A stretch of DNA of 51,009 nucleotides from an uncultured Deferribacteres bacterium (GCA_964464595.1 CAYXGW010000029.1:1-51009); one strand, 5' to 3'. Shown: positions 10,038 to 21,148, counted from the stretch's first letter. Program-made: numbers and translations. Notes: generated by a model not told the origin, from the sequence alone.

Positions 10038-12650
10038 ATGACATTTGATAAATTGACAATAAAAGTACAAGAGGCATTGAAAAAAGCACAAGAAATTGCT
10101 TCTGAATATAATCAGCAAAAAGTAGATGTGGAACATCTTCTCTTTGCTATGTTAACTGATCCGGATGGAGTTCCTGTTTCAGCTTTAAATAAAATTGGAA
10201 TTAATGCTCAGGTGATTCAATCTCAGGTTACTAAACGGATTGAAAGCATTCCCAAAGTATATGGCGAGGTTTCTCAATTATATATGGATCAGAGGCTCAA
10301 TAAACTAATTGAGAAAGGATTTAAAGAAGCGAAAAATATGAAAGATGAGTATGTGAGTCTCGAACACCTACTTATCGTAATGACCGAGGATGAAGAGGAA
10401 ACGGGTAATATCCTTCGAAGTAATGGGATAACACGGGATAAATTGTATGATGTCCTCAAATCAATTCGGGGCAATCAGCGGGTGACAGACCAAAACCCTG
10501 AAGCAAAATATCAAGCGTTAGAGCGTTATGGACAAAATTTAACAAGTTTGGCAGAACAGGGGAAGTTGGATCCTGTAATCGGAAGAGACGAAGAAGTTAG
10601 ACGGGTTTTGCAAGTACTATCTCGCAGGACTAAAAACAACCCGGTATTGATTGGTGACCCGGGTGTTGGGAAAACTGCAATTGCTGAAGGATTAGCTCAA
10701 AGAATTGTTAGCGGCGATGTACCTGAGAATTTAAAGAACAAACAAATCGTCACATTAGACCTCGGTTCATTAATCGCCGGCTCAAAATATCGAGGTGAAT
10801 TTGAAGATAGATTAAAAGCGGTGCTAAAGGAAATCGAGGGGTCTAATGGCAAAATTATCCTGTTTATTGATGAGTTGCATACTCTGGTTGGAGCAGGAGC
10901 TGCAGAAGGATCTATGGATGCATCGAATATGCTTAAACCTGTATTGGCGCGTGGAGCGCTACGCTGTATCGGTGCAACTACTATAGATGAATTTAGAAAA
11001 TATATCGAAAAAGATGCAGCACTGGAACGCCGTTTCCAGAAAGTTTTTGTAAATGAACCCTCAGTATCGGAAACCATTTCAATTTTACGCGGACTAAAAG
11101 AGAAGTATGAAGTTCATCATGGTGTTCGGATGACTGATTCAGCCATTATTGCAGCGGCAACTTTATCGCACCGCTATATTAGTGATCGATTTTTGCCGGA
11201 TAAGGCTATCGATTTGGTAGACGAGGCGGCTGCAAAACTGCGGATTGAAATTGATAGTATGCCAGATGAGCTTGACGAAGTTGAGCGAAAAATAAAACAA
11301 TTGGAAATAGAACGAGAAGCTGTAAAACGAGATAAAGATGATGCTGCCAGAAATCGTTTAAACAAAATTCAAAAAGAATTGGCTGACTTGAATGAGCAAA
11401 GGAGGGAACTCCGATCACATTGGACTTTGGAAAAGAACTCCATCCAAACCATTAGATCCGTGAAAGAAGAACTGGAGAAAGTTAAAACTCTAATGGCGCA
11501 GGCGGAAAGAGATGGCGATTTAAGTCGAGCCGCTGAATTGAAGTATGGTAGGACGATAGACCTGCAAAAGAAACTTGAATCAGAAAATATTAATCTTCAG
11601 AATATTCAGAAAAATTTCAAAATGCTTAAAGAAGAAGTAGATGAGGAAGATATTGCAGACGTTGTATGTAAATGGACCGGAATACCAGTTAGCAGGATGC
11701 TTGAATCGGAGCGTGAGAAACTCTTGACAATGGAAAAACGCTTGAGAAAAAGAGTAATTGGGCAAGACGAAGCTGTCCAGGCAATTTCGGATGCAATTCG
11801 AAGGTCTCGTGCTGGTTTACAGGATGACAATAGACCCATTGGATCATTTATTTTCTTAGGGTCAACGGGTGTGGGCAAAACGGAATTAGCCAGGGCGTTG
11901 GCTGAATTTTTATTCGATGATGAACATGCGATGATTCGAATTGATATGTCCGAATATATGGAAAGACATTCGGTTGCCAGGCTTATCGGAGCGCCCCCGG
12001 GATATGTTGGCTACGAAGAAGGTGGGCAGTTGACCGAAGCCGTTAGACGAAAACCGTATTCAGTTGTTTTGTTGGATGAAATTGAAAAAGCACACCCTGA
12101 GGTCTTTAATATTCTTCTGCAAGTTTTGGATGATGGACGATTAACGGATAATAAAGGTCATACAGTCAATTTTAAAAATGTTATTGTGATCATGACTTCC
12201 AATTTAGGGGCTCCCATGATCCTGGAAAAATCATTATTGATTACAGAAAAGAATCGAGAGAAAATCTACCAGGAAATCAAATATGAAGCGATTGACTTAT
12301 TAAAAAGGTCAATGCGGCCAGAATTTCTAAATCGCATTGACGAAACTATCGTTTTTCATCCACTTGATTACAAACATATTGCTGAAATTGTGAAATTACA
12401 ATTTCAATTAGTTGCAAAAAAAGCCAATGAGAACGGAATCATTTTATCTATTGTAGACGATGCAATTCAACTACTTACTGAAGTTGGCTACGACCCTGCA
12501 TTTGGAGCCAGGCCAATTAAAAGAGAAATACAAAGATTGATCACCAATAAGCTTGCAAAAGAATTACTAGATGGAAGTATTGTTTCCGGAGATTTAGTCA
12601 AAGTAATTCGCGGTGGAAATTCTCTTGAATTTACAAAGAAATCAAAATAA
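10038..12650 (+). CDS. clpB: ATP-dependent chaperone/disaggregase ClpB
   Basis: Clp N domain, two AAA+ modules ('GDPGVGKT', 'GSTGVGKT') and a long coiled-coil M-domain between them. 870 aa. Confidence 0.97.
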   Translation: MTFDKLTIKVQEALKKAQEIASEYNQQKVDVEHLLFAMLTDPDGVPVSALNKIGINAQVIQSQVTKRIESIPKVYGEVSQLYMDQRLNKLIEKGFKEAKNMKDEYVSLEHLLIVMTEDEEETGNILRSNGITRDKLYDVLKSIRGNQRVTDQNPEAKYQALERYGQNLTSLAEQGKLDPVIGRDEEVRRVLQVLSRRTKNNPVLIGDPGVGKTAIAEGLAQRIVSGDVPENLKNKQIVTLDLGSLIAGSKYRGEFEDRLKAVLKEIEGSNGKIILFIDELHTLVGAGAAEGSMDASNMLKPVLARGALRCIGATTIDEFRKYIEKDAALERRFQKVFVNEPSVSETISILRGLKEKYEVHHGVRMTDSAIIAAATLSHRYISDRFLPDKAIDLVDEAAAKLRIEIDSMPDELDEVERKIKQLEIEREAVKRDKDDAARNRLNKIQKELADLNEQRRELRSHWTLEKNSIQTIRSVKEELEKVKTLMAQAERDGDLSRAAELKYGRTIDLQKKLESENINLQNIQKNFKMLKEEVDEEDIADVVCKWTGIPVSRMLESEREKLLTMEKRLRKRVIGQDEAVQAISDAIRRSRAGLQDDNRPIGSFIFLGSTGVGKTELARALAEFLFDDEHAMIRIDMSEYMERHSVARLIGAPPGYVGYEEGGQLTEAVRRKPYSVVLLDEIEKAHPEVFNILLQVLDDGRLTDNKGHTVNFKNVIVIMTSNLGAPMILEKSLLITEKNREKIYQEIKYEAIDLLKRSMRPEFLNRIDETIVFHPLDYKHIAEIVKLQFQLVAKKANENGIILSIVDDAIQLLTEVGYDPAFGARPIKREIQRLITNKLAKELLDGSIVSGDLVKVIRGGNSLEFTKKSK

Positions 12651-12720
12651 ATTATAGAGTTTGTTTTCATAATTTTGTAATATAATTTATTTTGAGAGTT
12701 GATCCTGGAGAGTTGAAGTT

Positions 12721-13236
12721 ATGAGCTATTATATAGTAAAATTCCTAGCATTTATGCTAATCCTTTTTTTATTTGGTTGTGGCGAAAAGGTATCGGAGAA
12801 AGAATATTTTGAACGTGCACAACTTTTGGAACAGAACGAAGAATACGAAGAGGCGGTTGAGACCTATCAGGGTATTTATAAAAAATTTCCTGGTGGGGAA
12901 TTAGGAGATGAGTCTCTATTCAGATCCGCTATCATTCAGGCAAACATTTTAAGACATCATGAGGATGCGATTAAAACCCATGACCGTCTCTTACTGGCTT
13001 TCCCGGAAAGTAGATATGCTCACCAATCTTTTTTTATGAAAGGATTCATATACGCGAACGATATTAAAGATTTTGAAAAAGCAAAAATTATTTATCAAGA
13101 ATTTCTCGAAAAATATCCAAATAGTGAGTTGGCAACTTCTGTTGAATGGGAGATTAATAACCTTGGCAAAGACATCAATCAAATTGAATTTTTAGGGGCC
13201 GATAAAGTCGATAGCAATACAGTTAGAACTCAATAA
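12721..13236 (+). CDS. TPR-like lipoprotein
   Basis: Lipobox 'LFLFGC', then helical TPR-like repeats ('EEAVETYQGIYKKFPGGE...', 'KAKIIYQEFLEKYPNSE'). Confidence 0.6.
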   Translation: MSYYIVKFLAFMLILFLFGCGEKVSEKEYFERAQLLEQNEEYEEAVETYQGIYKKFPGGELGDESLFRSAIIQANILRHHEDAIKTHDRLLLAFPESRYAHQSFFMKGFIYANDIKDFEKAKIIYQEFLEKYPNSELATSVEWEINNLGKDINQIEFLGADKVDSNTVRTQ

Positions 13237-13311
13237 AATAATAATTTGAAAATAATTAGGTCAATCCTTTGGTGCATTTCTATTAAAGCGATTGGCTTTT
13301 TTAAATAGCAA

Positions 13312-14322
13312 ATGGCTAGTTTAATTCGGAGCAATTATTCATTGATTAAACAATTTGGAGATAGAATGGTGCAGAAGAAAAGCCTCTTTTGCTTTGTTTT
13401 TATTATCGCATTCGTTGCACTAAATGCTCAAATGATTATTGCGCAAACTTCAGTATTGGATTCGTTAAATACAAGAATTGAAATCTCGGCAAAAGTTGAA
13501 GAAACAACAGTTCCATTAAATCGCACTATTCAGTTGTATGTTACATTATCCTGGATAGGCGGACCGGATAGATATTCAATTATAAGTTTTGATAATCCTG
13601 TATTGACAAATTTTAATATTGTGGGCACATCTACTGTAAACCGATCTGAAGTAATTAACCAGCAAGCTTATGTTTTTAAAGATTATATCTATACTCTCCA
13701 ACCCCGCGATTTAGGGATGGCATACGTGGAGGGTGTGATTGTAAAATGCAGAGATTCTGTTTTGCAGCGCGATGAGAATATGGTCACCCAAAGGATTCCA
13801 ATAGAAGTTATTGATCCACTTCCGGAACCCGGTTCTTCTAATCTAATTTGGATTTATGCATTGATTATTGTTCTGATTTTAGGTTTTGGTACAGGGTATT
13901 ATTTTTGGTTCAAACGACGCCGAGAGGCAAAGGAGGAATTAGAAATTGAACCACCTCCACCTCTTGAAGAAGTATATTTAAATTTGATACGAGAACAAAT
14001 TAAACTTGATCTCCCAAATTTAACGGAAGATTTTGCAACTTTATCAAAGTTGATAAGACGCTACTTAACCGAACGGTTTAATATCCAAACCTTGGAAGGG
14101 ACGACAGATCAACTGCTTCAGGATTTACATGAGAATGATATGGAGGAACACCAGGTAAGCAGCCTCAAAGAGGTTCTAACGAGATGCGATGAAATTAAAT
14201 TTTCAGCCGTTGAAGGAACTACCGAAGAGTTAAATCGCTTTTATACCCTATTTGAAGGAATACTACAATATTTTTTGCAACAAAAAGAGACAACAGAGAC
14301 GAATAATTTTACAGAAAAATAA
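13312..14322 (+). CDS. BatD-like membrane protein (signal peptide, extracytoplasmic beta-rich domain, single TM, cytoplasmic helical tail)
   Basis: Signal 'FCFVFIIAFVALNAQ'. The N-terminal domain resembles the BatD N-terminus. TM 'LIWIYALIIVLILGFGTGYYFWF' is followed by 'KRRRE' and an acidic tail. The gene sits directly upstream of moxR. Confidence 0.5.
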   Translation: MASLIRSNYSLIKQFGDRMVQKKSLFCFVFIIAFVALNAQMIIAQTSVLDSLNTRIEISAKVEETTVPLNRTIQLYVTLSWIGGPDRYSIISFDNPVLTNFNIVGTSTVNRSEVINQQAYVFKDYIYTLQPRDLGMAYVEGVIVKCRDSVLQRDENMVTQRIPIEVIDPLPEPGSSNLIWIYALIIVLILGFGTGYYFWFKRRREAKEELEIEPPPPLEEVYLNLIREQIKLDLPNLTEDFATLSKLIRRYLTERFNIQTLEGTTDQLLQDLHENDMEEHQVSSLKEVLTRCDEIKFSAVEGTTEELNRFYTLFEGILQYFLQQKETTETNNFTEK

Positions 14323-14396
14323 GAAAAATAATCATTTTTAAACGTCTATAATTATTGAATACTAAAACATAATGAGTCGAAAAAGGAGGCCCAGTT

Positions 14397-15389
14397 TTGT
14401 TACACAAGGATATTAAAGAGATTAATGAGATGATTCAAAAAGAAAGTGAATTTGTTGAGAAGCTGCTTGGCGAATTCAACAAAATTATTATTGGTCAAAA
14501 ATATATGGTCGAACGTTTATTAATAGGCTTATTAAGCAATGGTCACATTTTACTCGAAGGTGTACCCGGCCTGGCCAAGACACTTGCCGTTCGTGTATTA
14601 TCCGGTGCAATAAAAGCTAAATTCCAGAGATTGCAATTTACTCCGGATTTACTTCCTGCTGATTTAATCGGAACGATGATTTTTAACCAACGCAGTGGAG
14701 ATTTTTCTACCAAAAAAGGTCCCATATTTGCGAATCTCATCTTGGCGGATGAAATCAACAGATCGCCTGCTAAAGTTCAAAGTGCACTTCTTGAAGCAAT
14801 GATGGAACGCCAAGTTACAATTGGAGAAAATACTTTTAAGCTGGACGATCCCTTTTTAGTGCTCGCTACACAAAATCCAATCGAACAAGAGGGAACCTAT
14901 CCATTACCGGAAGCCCAAATTGACCGATTTATGTTAAAGCTTTCCATCGGTTATCCAAATAAAGATGAGGAATTGGAGATCATGCGACTCAATTCAGGAG
15001 ATGGGTTACCGGAACCTACACCTGTGGTTAGTACAAAAGAGATCATTCGAGCTCGGAAAGTTGTATCTCAAATCTATATTGATGAAAAAATTGAACGCTA
15101 TATCATCGATATTGTCTTTGCTACTCGAAATCCTTCGGATTACCAACTCACCGATATGAAGGATCTGATTGCTTTTGGCGCCTCACCACGTGCTTCAATT
15201 GGGTTGGCTGCTGCCAGCAAGGCACATGCATTTTTAAGGCGAAGAGGATATGTAACTCCTGAAGATGTCCGAGCAATTGGCATGGATGTATTGAGACATC
15301 GTGTTATTCCAACGTACGAAGCCGAAGCGGAAGAAGTAAGTTCCGAGGACATAGTACGTAAAGTATTAAATCATATTGAAGTACCTTAA
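14397..15389 (+). CDS. MoxR-family AAA+ ATPase
   Basis: Walker A 'GVPGLAKT', Walker B 'LILADEINR', and 'ATQNPIEQEGTYPLPEAQIDRF'. A TTG start lies 7 nt after AGGAGG. Confidence 0.9.
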   Translation: MLHKDIKEINEMIQKESEFVEKLLGEFNKIIIGQKYMVERLLIGLLSNGHILLEGVPGLAKTLAVRVLSGAIKAKFQRLQFTPDLLPADLIGTMIFNQRSGDFSTKKGPIFANLILADEINRSPAKVQSALLEAMMERQVTIGENTFKLDDPFLVLATQNPIEQEGTYPLPEAQIDRFMLKLSIGYPNKDEELEIMRLNSGDGLPEPTPVVSTKEIIRARKVVSQIYIDEKIERYIIDIVFATRNPSDYQLTDMKDLIAFGASPRASIGLAAASKAHAFLRRRGYVTPEDVRAIGMDVLRHRVIPTYEAEAEEVSSEDIVRKVLNHIEVP

Positions 15390-15409
15390 TCGCTTTTCCA
15401 AAAATTAGT

Positions 15410-16288
15410 ATGATCCCTAAAGAAATACTTAAAAAAGTTAAGCGCATCGAAATTACAACCCGCGGTTTGGTAAATGATGTATTCTCCGGACAATACCATT
15501 CGGTATTCAAAGGAAGAGGGATGGATTTTACCGAAGTACGTGAGTACACTCCGGGTGATGACATACGTGTAATTGATTGGAACGTATCCGCACGAATGGG
15601 CCATCCTTTTGTTAAAGTATATGAAGAAGAGCGAGAATTAACGGTCATTTTAATGGTTGATGTCAGCTCATCTGGGAATTTTGGTACTTTTGAGCAAATG
15701 AAAGGTGAAATTGCAATTGAGATTTGTGCACTGCTGGCTTTTTCTGCAATTAAAAATAATGACAAAGTCGGTTTGATAATATTTACAGATGGAGTCGAAA
15801 AATTTGTAGCACCTAAAAAAGGCAAGAGTCATGTGCTTCGTGTGCTAAGAGAATTATTATTTCATAAACCCCAAAGTACAAAAACCGATATCGGTGGAGC
15901 CTTGGAATTTTTAAATCACATAGCAAAAAGAAGGAGTGTTGTTTTTTTGGTTTCAGATTTTATGTCAGAAGATTACAAAAAAGCGCTGCAAATAGCGAAT
16001 AAACGTCATGATGTAGTTGCAATCACAATCACAGATCCAAGAGAGACGGAATTGCCCGCAGTTGGATTTATCGAATTCGAAGATGCCGAAACCGGTGAGA
16101 TTTTCATGGTTGACACCAACAGTTCCGATATCCGTACCGGTTTCGTTCAAAAAGCGGATGCTCGCAAAATTGAACGTGAAAAACTATTTAAATCAATGAA
16201 TATCGACCATATAGATATTTTTACACATCAAGCTTACCCAGAGCCTTTAATGCGATTTTTTCGAATGCGAGCGAAACGGTTCAGATAG
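15410..16288 (+). CDS. DUF58 (vWA-like) protein, MoxR partner
   Basis: 'VREYTPGDDIRVIDWNVSAR', a DUF58 signature. Conserved gene order with moxR. Confidence 0.85.
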   Translation: MIPKEILKKVKRIEITTRGLVNDVFSGQYHSVFKGRGMDFTEVREYTPGDDIRVIDWNVSARMGHPFVKVYEEERELTVILMVDVSSSGNFGTFEQMKGEIAIEICALLAFSAIKNNDKVGLIIFTDGVEKFVAPKKGKSHVLRVLRELLFHKPQSTKTDIGGALEFLNHIAKRRSVVFLVSDFMSEDYKKALQIANKRHDVVAITITDPRETELPAVGFIEFEDAETGEIFMVDTNSSDIRTGFVQKADARKIEREKLFKSMNIDHIDIFTHQAYPEPLMRFFRMRAKRFR

Positions 16289-16317
16289 AAAAAACAAGAA
16301 TAGGAATATAAATAACA

Positions 16318-17244
16318 ATGAAATGGTGTAATTTGATTTTTTTCGTTATCTCTTTGGCGATTTTGACGGGTTGTAGTTCAAGTTCTCAACCGGATTTTAG
16401 TGCTGAAAAAATCCGGGAATTTGCCAATGAACTTTATAATCGACAGCTGTTTGAACAAGCAGTCGATCAATATCAGTTTTATCTCGAAAACTACAACCTG
16501 AAGCCAAAAGAGCAGGCGAATATTACCTATCAAATTGCTAATATTTATTTTGATCGCATGCGTGATTATAAAAATGCACTTGCACATTTTCTTAAAATCA
16601 AAACTTTATATCCGGAAAGCCCGCTTATTTCGGAAGTGAACAAAAAAGTCATCATCTGTTTAGAACGATTACAAAGACCCGCCGATGCTCAACAAGTGTT
16701 GAGGGAAAGCACATCGTTTGAAGGTCAGACCCGCAAAAGTCGCCCGGGAGAAGTCATAGCTAAGATTGGCAAGCGAGATATCACATTAGGAGACCTGGAT
16801 TTTGAGATCAGCAAATTGCCACCTGAGCTCCGGTCACAATATATCACGATTGATAATAAAATAGAATTTCTTCGCAGGTATTTGGCAACAGAATTATTGT
16901 ATGATTCTGCCAAACGACAGGGGCTCGAAAATGATGATCAGGTTTTGGAAAACGTTTTTCAAGCAAAAAAAACTTTTATGGTAACAAAGTTATTAGAAGA
17001 AGAAATCAGTAAAAAAGTAAAAATCACAGAAGATGATGTTAAACTTTATTATGATGCACATAAAAATGATTTTGCGGAAAAAGATGAAGATGGAAATGTG
17101 AAACGGATGTTGTCCTTTGAAGAAGCGGGTCAACAAGCAGCACAAAAATTAGCTTTTGAGCGACAAGAAAAAGCATATAATGAATTGATTTCCTCGTTAT
17201 TTCTAGCCGAAAAAGTCGTAATTTATGATGACCTGATAAAATAA
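16318..17244 (+). CDS. Lipoprotein with a TPR-like N-terminus and a SurA-N-like chaperone domain
   Basis: Lipobox 'ILTGC', then helical repeats. The C-terminal half has periplasmic-chaperone-like character. Confidence 0.45.
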   Translation: MKWCNLIFFVISLAILTGCSSSSQPDFSAEKIREFANELYNRQLFEQAVDQYQFYLENYNLKPKEQANITYQIANIYFDRMRDYKNALAHFLKIKTLYPESPLISEVNKKVIICLERLQRPADAQQVLRESTSFEGQTRKSRPGEVIAKIGKRDITLGDLDFEISKLPPELRSQYITIDNKIEFLRRYLATELLYDSAKRQGLENDDQVLENVFQAKKTFMVTKLLEEEISKKVKITEDDVKLYYDAHKNDFAEKDEDGNVKRMLSFEEAGQQAAQKLAFERQEKAYNELISSLFLAEKVVIYDDLIK

Positions 17245-17257
17245 ACCGGTAGATTAA

Positions 17258-18355
17258 ATGATGTTTGGTTACAAAAAAATTTATTTAATTTTAATTCTCA
17301 TTTATTTATTTATTTTCAATTTTGTTTCCGATGGATTCGGTCAGGGTAACATTTCGCTGTCTGCCAGTGTGGATAAAGCGACAATTACCATTGGTGATAT
17401 CATAACCTATTCAGTATCTGTTATACGAGATGAGGATGTATCTGTCGAACTTCCAAGCTTGGGTGGAAACCTGGGACAATTCGAAATTCGTGATTATAAC
17501 ATTTATGAACCTGAAAAAAAAGATGGCAAAATCATTGACCGGGTTGATTATACAATTTCGACCTTTGAGGTTGGTGAATTTGAGATACCACCGGTTGGTA
17601 TCAGGTATTTTATCCTACCGGATTCAACTGAACAAAGCCTCAAAACCGAAGTGATTAATATTACTGTAGAAAGTGTTAAACCCAGCGAAGAAGGCGATAT
17701 CCAAGATATTAAACCACCCTGGGAAATCTTATTCAATTGGAGGCCCATTATTATTGGCGGATCGATCGCATTAATTGTGATTCTACTAATAATCGGTTTG
17801 ACTATTTATTTGCGCAAGCGGAAAAAAGGCGAATCATTTTTGCCGAAAAAAATTGAAATACCCAGGCCTCCCCATGAAATTGCTTATGAAGAGCTTAAAA
17901 TATTACAAAATTCGGATCTTCTTAAACAGGGTCAAATCAAGCTTTATTATTCAGAAATATCGGAAATTATTCGGAAATATATTGAGGGGCGATTTCAAAT
18001 TATTTCGCTTGAACTAACTACTACAGAATTGATGATTGAACTTAATACTACAGATTTATCTTCAGAAAATGTATCACTTTTTGAAATGTTTTTTACCAAT
18101 TGCGACCTGGTTAAATTTGCAAAGTTTATTCCAGGTGATGAAGAAAATGATGAAATTATGAAGTCAGCTATTCGCATTTTAGATGAAACCAAATGGGTAG
18201 AGGAACTAATTTCGGAGCTGCAAGAAAAAACGACGGATGATGAAGTGAAAGTCGATGACAAAGATCAAATGAAAGATGAAAGGAATCAACATGCTGAAGT
18301 TGCAATTGTCACGGATGAAGAGCTTTCGTCAAATTTGAATAAGGAAGATAATTAG
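17258..18355 (+). CDS. BatD-like / Bat-operon membrane protein (signal, extracytoplasmic domain, one TM, cytoplasmic tail)
   Basis: 'ISLSASVDKATITIGDIITYSVSV...' resembles the BatD N-terminal domain. TM 'WRPIIIGGSIALIVILLIIGLTIYL' is followed by RKRKK. The gene sits between DUF58 and batA, where Bat operons carry a small membrane protein. Confidence 0.5.
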   Translation: MMFGYKKIYLILILIYLFIFNFVSDGFGQGNISLSASVDKATITIGDIITYSVSVIRDEDVSVELPSLGGNLGQFEIRDYNIYEPEKKDGKIIDRVDYTISTFEVGEFEIPPVGIRYFILPDSTEQSLKTEVINITVESVKPSEEGDIQDIKPPWEILFNWRPIIIGGSIALIVILLIIGLTIYLRKRKKGESFLPKKIEIPRPPHEIAYEELKILQNSDLLKQGQIKLYYSEISEIIRKYIEGRFQIISLELTTTELMIELNTTDLSSENVSLFEMFFTNCDLVKFAKFIPGDEENDEIMKSAIRILDETKWVEELISELQEKTTDDEVKVDDKDQMKDERNQHAEVAIVTDEELSSNLNKEDN

Positions 18356-19351
18356 ATGCTTTATCGATTAGCCGATCCATATTTTTTATTCTTATTGCTG
18401 TTTTTACCGGTATTGCTCTTTTTGCATTTCAAACGGCGCTCTCCACAAACTGTAACTTTGCAATATTCTAATTTAAATATCATTAAGTCTGCCGGCAAAT
18501 CTCGATGGTATTTTTATAGGCATATCTTATTTGGTCTTCGGCTGTTGGCAATGGGATTCATCATTATTGCTTTGGCAAGACCACAATCTGGCAGTAAGGA
18601 AGAGGAAATTACAACAGAAGGGATCGATATTATTTTGGCTTTGGATATTTCAAGTTCTATGCTGGCAGAAGACTTTAAGCCCAAAAATAGATTGGAAGTT
18701 GCAAAACTTGTCGCAGAGAATTTCGTAAAAGGTCGAACAAGCGATAGAATCGGTATGGTGGTTTTTGCCGGAGAAAGTTATACGCAATGTCCACTAACTT
18801 TAGACTATGGAATCTTGTTGAACTTTATAAGAGATGTAAAAATAGGTTTGGTTGAAGACGGCACTGCAATCGGCATGGCTGTTGCAAATGCCGTTAACCG
18901 CCTTCGTGATAGTAAAGCTAAGAGTAAAGTAATTATTCTATTAACTGATGGCCGCAACAATTCCGGCGAATTACACCCTTTATCGGCTGCACAAATTGCC
19001 AAAGCTTTAGATGTAAAGATTTACACCATTGGTGCAGGCAGCAAAGGTACTGCATTGTACCCAATTGTAGATCCCGTGTTTGGAAAAAGATATCAACGCT
19101 TGCCCGTTGAAATTGATGAGGACCTTTTACAAAAAATGGCATCTATGACAGGCGGGCAATATTTCAGAGCCATAGATAAAAGTTCTCTTGAGAAAATTTT
19201 TGATGAGATTGGTCAACTAGAAAAAACCAAGATTGAAGTTAAAGAATACACTCGTTATCGGGAATTGTTTTCAATTTTTCTTTCTGTAGGATTGATTTTG
19301 TTTGGGTTGGAAATGTTATTATCAAATACAAAATTCAAGAAAATACCATAA
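18356..19351 (+). CDS. batA: vWA-domain protein BatA
   Basis: Two N-terminal TMs and a vWA domain with MIDAS 'DIILALDISSSM'. Confidence 0.85.
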   Translation: MLYRLADPYFLFLLLFLPVLLFLHFKRRSPQTVTLQYSNLNIIKSAGKSRWYFYRHILFGLRLLAMGFIIIALARPQSGSKEEEITTEGIDIILALDISSSMLAEDFKPKNRLEVAKLVAENFVKGRTSDRIGMVVFAGESYTQCPLTLDYGILLNFIRDVKIGLVEDGTAIGMAVANAVNRLRDSKAKSKVIILLTDGRNNSGELHPLSAAQIAKALDVKIYTIGAGSKGTALYPIVDPVFGKRYQRLPVEIDEDLLQKMASMTGGQYFRAIDKSSLEKIFDEIGQLEKTKIEVKEYTRYRELFSIFLSVGLILFGLEMLLSNTKFKKIP

Positions 19352-19367
19352 GACTTTTAGGATTACA

Positions 19368-20399
19368 ATGTTTCGATTTGCAAGCGAACAATATTTATAT
19401 ACTCTTTTATTTGTTCCGGTACTGTTCCTGTTTTTTGTTTGGGTCCAAAAATCAAAAATGAAAGCCCTTGAGCGTTTCGGCAATATAAAATTGATGGATA
19501 AATTAATGTTGTCAAAAAGTCCAAAACGACAGAATTGGAAAAAAGCGCTTTTGATTCTATCATTATTTTTCTTTCTTGTTGCCCTTGCCCGGCCTCAAAT
19601 TGGGACAAAACTTGAAGAAGTAAAGCGCAGCGGAGTTGATATTTTTGTCGCGATTGACGTATCCAAATCGATGTTGGCGGAGGACATCAAACCCAACCGG
19701 TTGACCAAAGCAAAGCATGAAGTAGCAACACTTATACATCAACTGCGAGGAGATCGTATTGGGCTAATTGTGTTTGCCGGGGAAGCATTTGTCCAATGCC
19801 CGCTTACTTTAGATTATGGCGCGCTAAAAATTTTTCTGGATATTATCGAACCGGGATTAATTCCAAGGCCTGGTACGGCTATAGGCAAAGCAATAGAAAA
19901 ATCAATTGAATCATTTGTAGAGACTGAAAGAAAACATAAAGTATTGATTCTCATTACAGATGGAGAAGATACCGTAAAGGATCCTATGAAAGTTGCAGAG
20001 ATTGCAGAAAAAGAAGGTATCGTAATCTATACAGTAGGAATTGGTTCTTCACAAGGAGTTCCGATCCCTGAGTTTGATGGATCTGGAAAACAAGTGGGGT
20101 TTAAAAAAGACAAAAAAGGGAATGTGGTTACTTCTAAATTGGATCCACTCACTCTCGAAAAAATTGCACTTCAAACGAATGGTAAATATTATAATGCTAC
20201 ACCCGCGGAAATGGAACTTTCCAAAATCTATGAAGATATAGATAAAATGGATAAAAAGGAGTTATCGTCAAGAATATTTTCACAATACGAAGATCGATTT
20301 CAATACTTCTTAGCCATCGGCCTATTTTTGCTATTAGCTGATCTATTTATTCCGGAACGAAGAAAAGTAAAAACCGAGTGGAGAGGAAGGTTTGAGTAA
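19368..20399 (+). CDS. batB: vWA-domain protein BatB
   Basis: N-terminal TMs, MIDAS 'DIFVAIDVSKSM', C-terminal TM. The ATG at 19368 follows the batA stop at 19351. The ORF-track start at 19302 overlaps batA and was rejected. Confidence 0.85.
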   Translation: MFRFASEQYLYTLLFVPVLFLFFVWVQKSKMKALERFGNIKLMDKLMLSKSPKRQNWKKALLILSLFFFLVALARPQIGTKLEEVKRSGVDIFVAIDVSKSMLAEDIKPNRLTKAKHEVATLIHQLRGDRIGLIVFAGEAFVQCPLTLDYGALKIFLDIIEPGLIPRPGTAIGKAIEKSIESFVETERKHKVLILITDGEDTVKDPMKVAEIAEKEGIVIYTVGIGSSQGVPIPEFDGSGKQVGFKKDKKGNVVTSKLDPLTLEKIALQTNGKYYNATPAEMELSKIYEDIDKMDKKELSSRIFSQYEDRFQYFLAIGLFLLLADLFIPERRKVKTEWRGRFE

Positions 20400-20425
20400 A
20401 CTTATTCGACCAAATAGGTAATATT

Positions 20426-21148
20426 ATGAAATTGTTTAGATATACAACTGTTTTACTTGTTCTGATTTTACCAACTATTCTGTTTTCCCAATCTACCAGG
20501 GAAAGGGTAAAAAATGGTAATGAATTATTTGCTGATAAGAACTATGATCAGGCATTAAATAAATATCAAGATGCTCTTTTGTCAGATCCTGAGAATGATA
20601 GAATTCAATTCAATGTTGGCAATACATTATACAAAAAGAATAATTATGAAGATGCTTTGCAAGAATACCAAAAAGTTATGGGGAGTGAAGATTTGCAGCT
20701 AGAACAACAAGCATATTATAATGTTGGCAACACTCTATATAAACTTGGGAAATTACCTGAGAGTATTCTTGCTTATCAGCAAGCGTTAAAAATGAACCCT
20801 GACGATATCGATGCCAAATACAATTTAGAATATGTTCGCCGTAAATTAAAAGATAATAAAGATGAGCAGAACCAGGATCAACAGAACCAACAACAGCAAC
20901 AACAGCAAGACCAACAGAATCAGCAGCAACAACAAGGAGACGATGAGCAAGATCAGCAGCAACAAGAACAGCAAGGTGATGAGGAACAAGAGCAACAAGG
21001 TGAGCAACAAAACCAACAGAGCTCTGAACAATTGTCAAAAGAAGATGCCGAACGAATTTTAGATGCCTTAAAGAATGATGAAAAGGAGATTCAGAAAAAA
21101 CGGAAAGTTAAGAGTAAAGGGCGGTATCGGGTGGAAAAAGATTGGTGA
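20426..21148 (+). CDS. batC: TPR-repeat protein BatC with a Gln/Glu/Asp-rich low-complexity tail
   Basis: Signal peptide, three TPR units ('YDQALNKYQDALLSDPEND', 'YEDALQEYQKV', 'LPESILAYQQALKMNPDD'), then roughly 60 aa of poly-Q/E/D. Confidence 0.8.
   Translation: MKLFRYTTVLLVLILPTILFSQSTRERVKNGNELFADKNYDQALNKYQDALLSDPENDRIQFNVGNTLYKKNNYEDALQEYQKVMGSEDLQLEQQAYYNVGNTLYKLGKLPESILAYQQALKMNPDDIDAKYNLEYVRRKLKDNKDEQNQDQQNQQQQQQQDQQNQQQQQGDDEQDQQQQEQQGDEEQEQQGEQQNQQSSEQLSKEDAERILDALKNDEKEIQKKRKVKSKGRYRVEKDW

Noticed and set aside
1848-12700. Search for CIRCE (TTAGCACTC-n9-GAGTGCTAA) or HAIR (CTTGAGT-n7-ACTCAAG) elements near the chaperone genes
   Set aside because: No match found in any intergenic region of the heat-shock block.
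20676-21038. 120-aa and 61-aa minus-strand ORFs (poly-L/V), and a plus-strand ORF at 20862..21062, over the BatC poly-Q region
   Set aside because: Artefacts of the CAR/GAR codon repeat. Any frame through this tract stays open.
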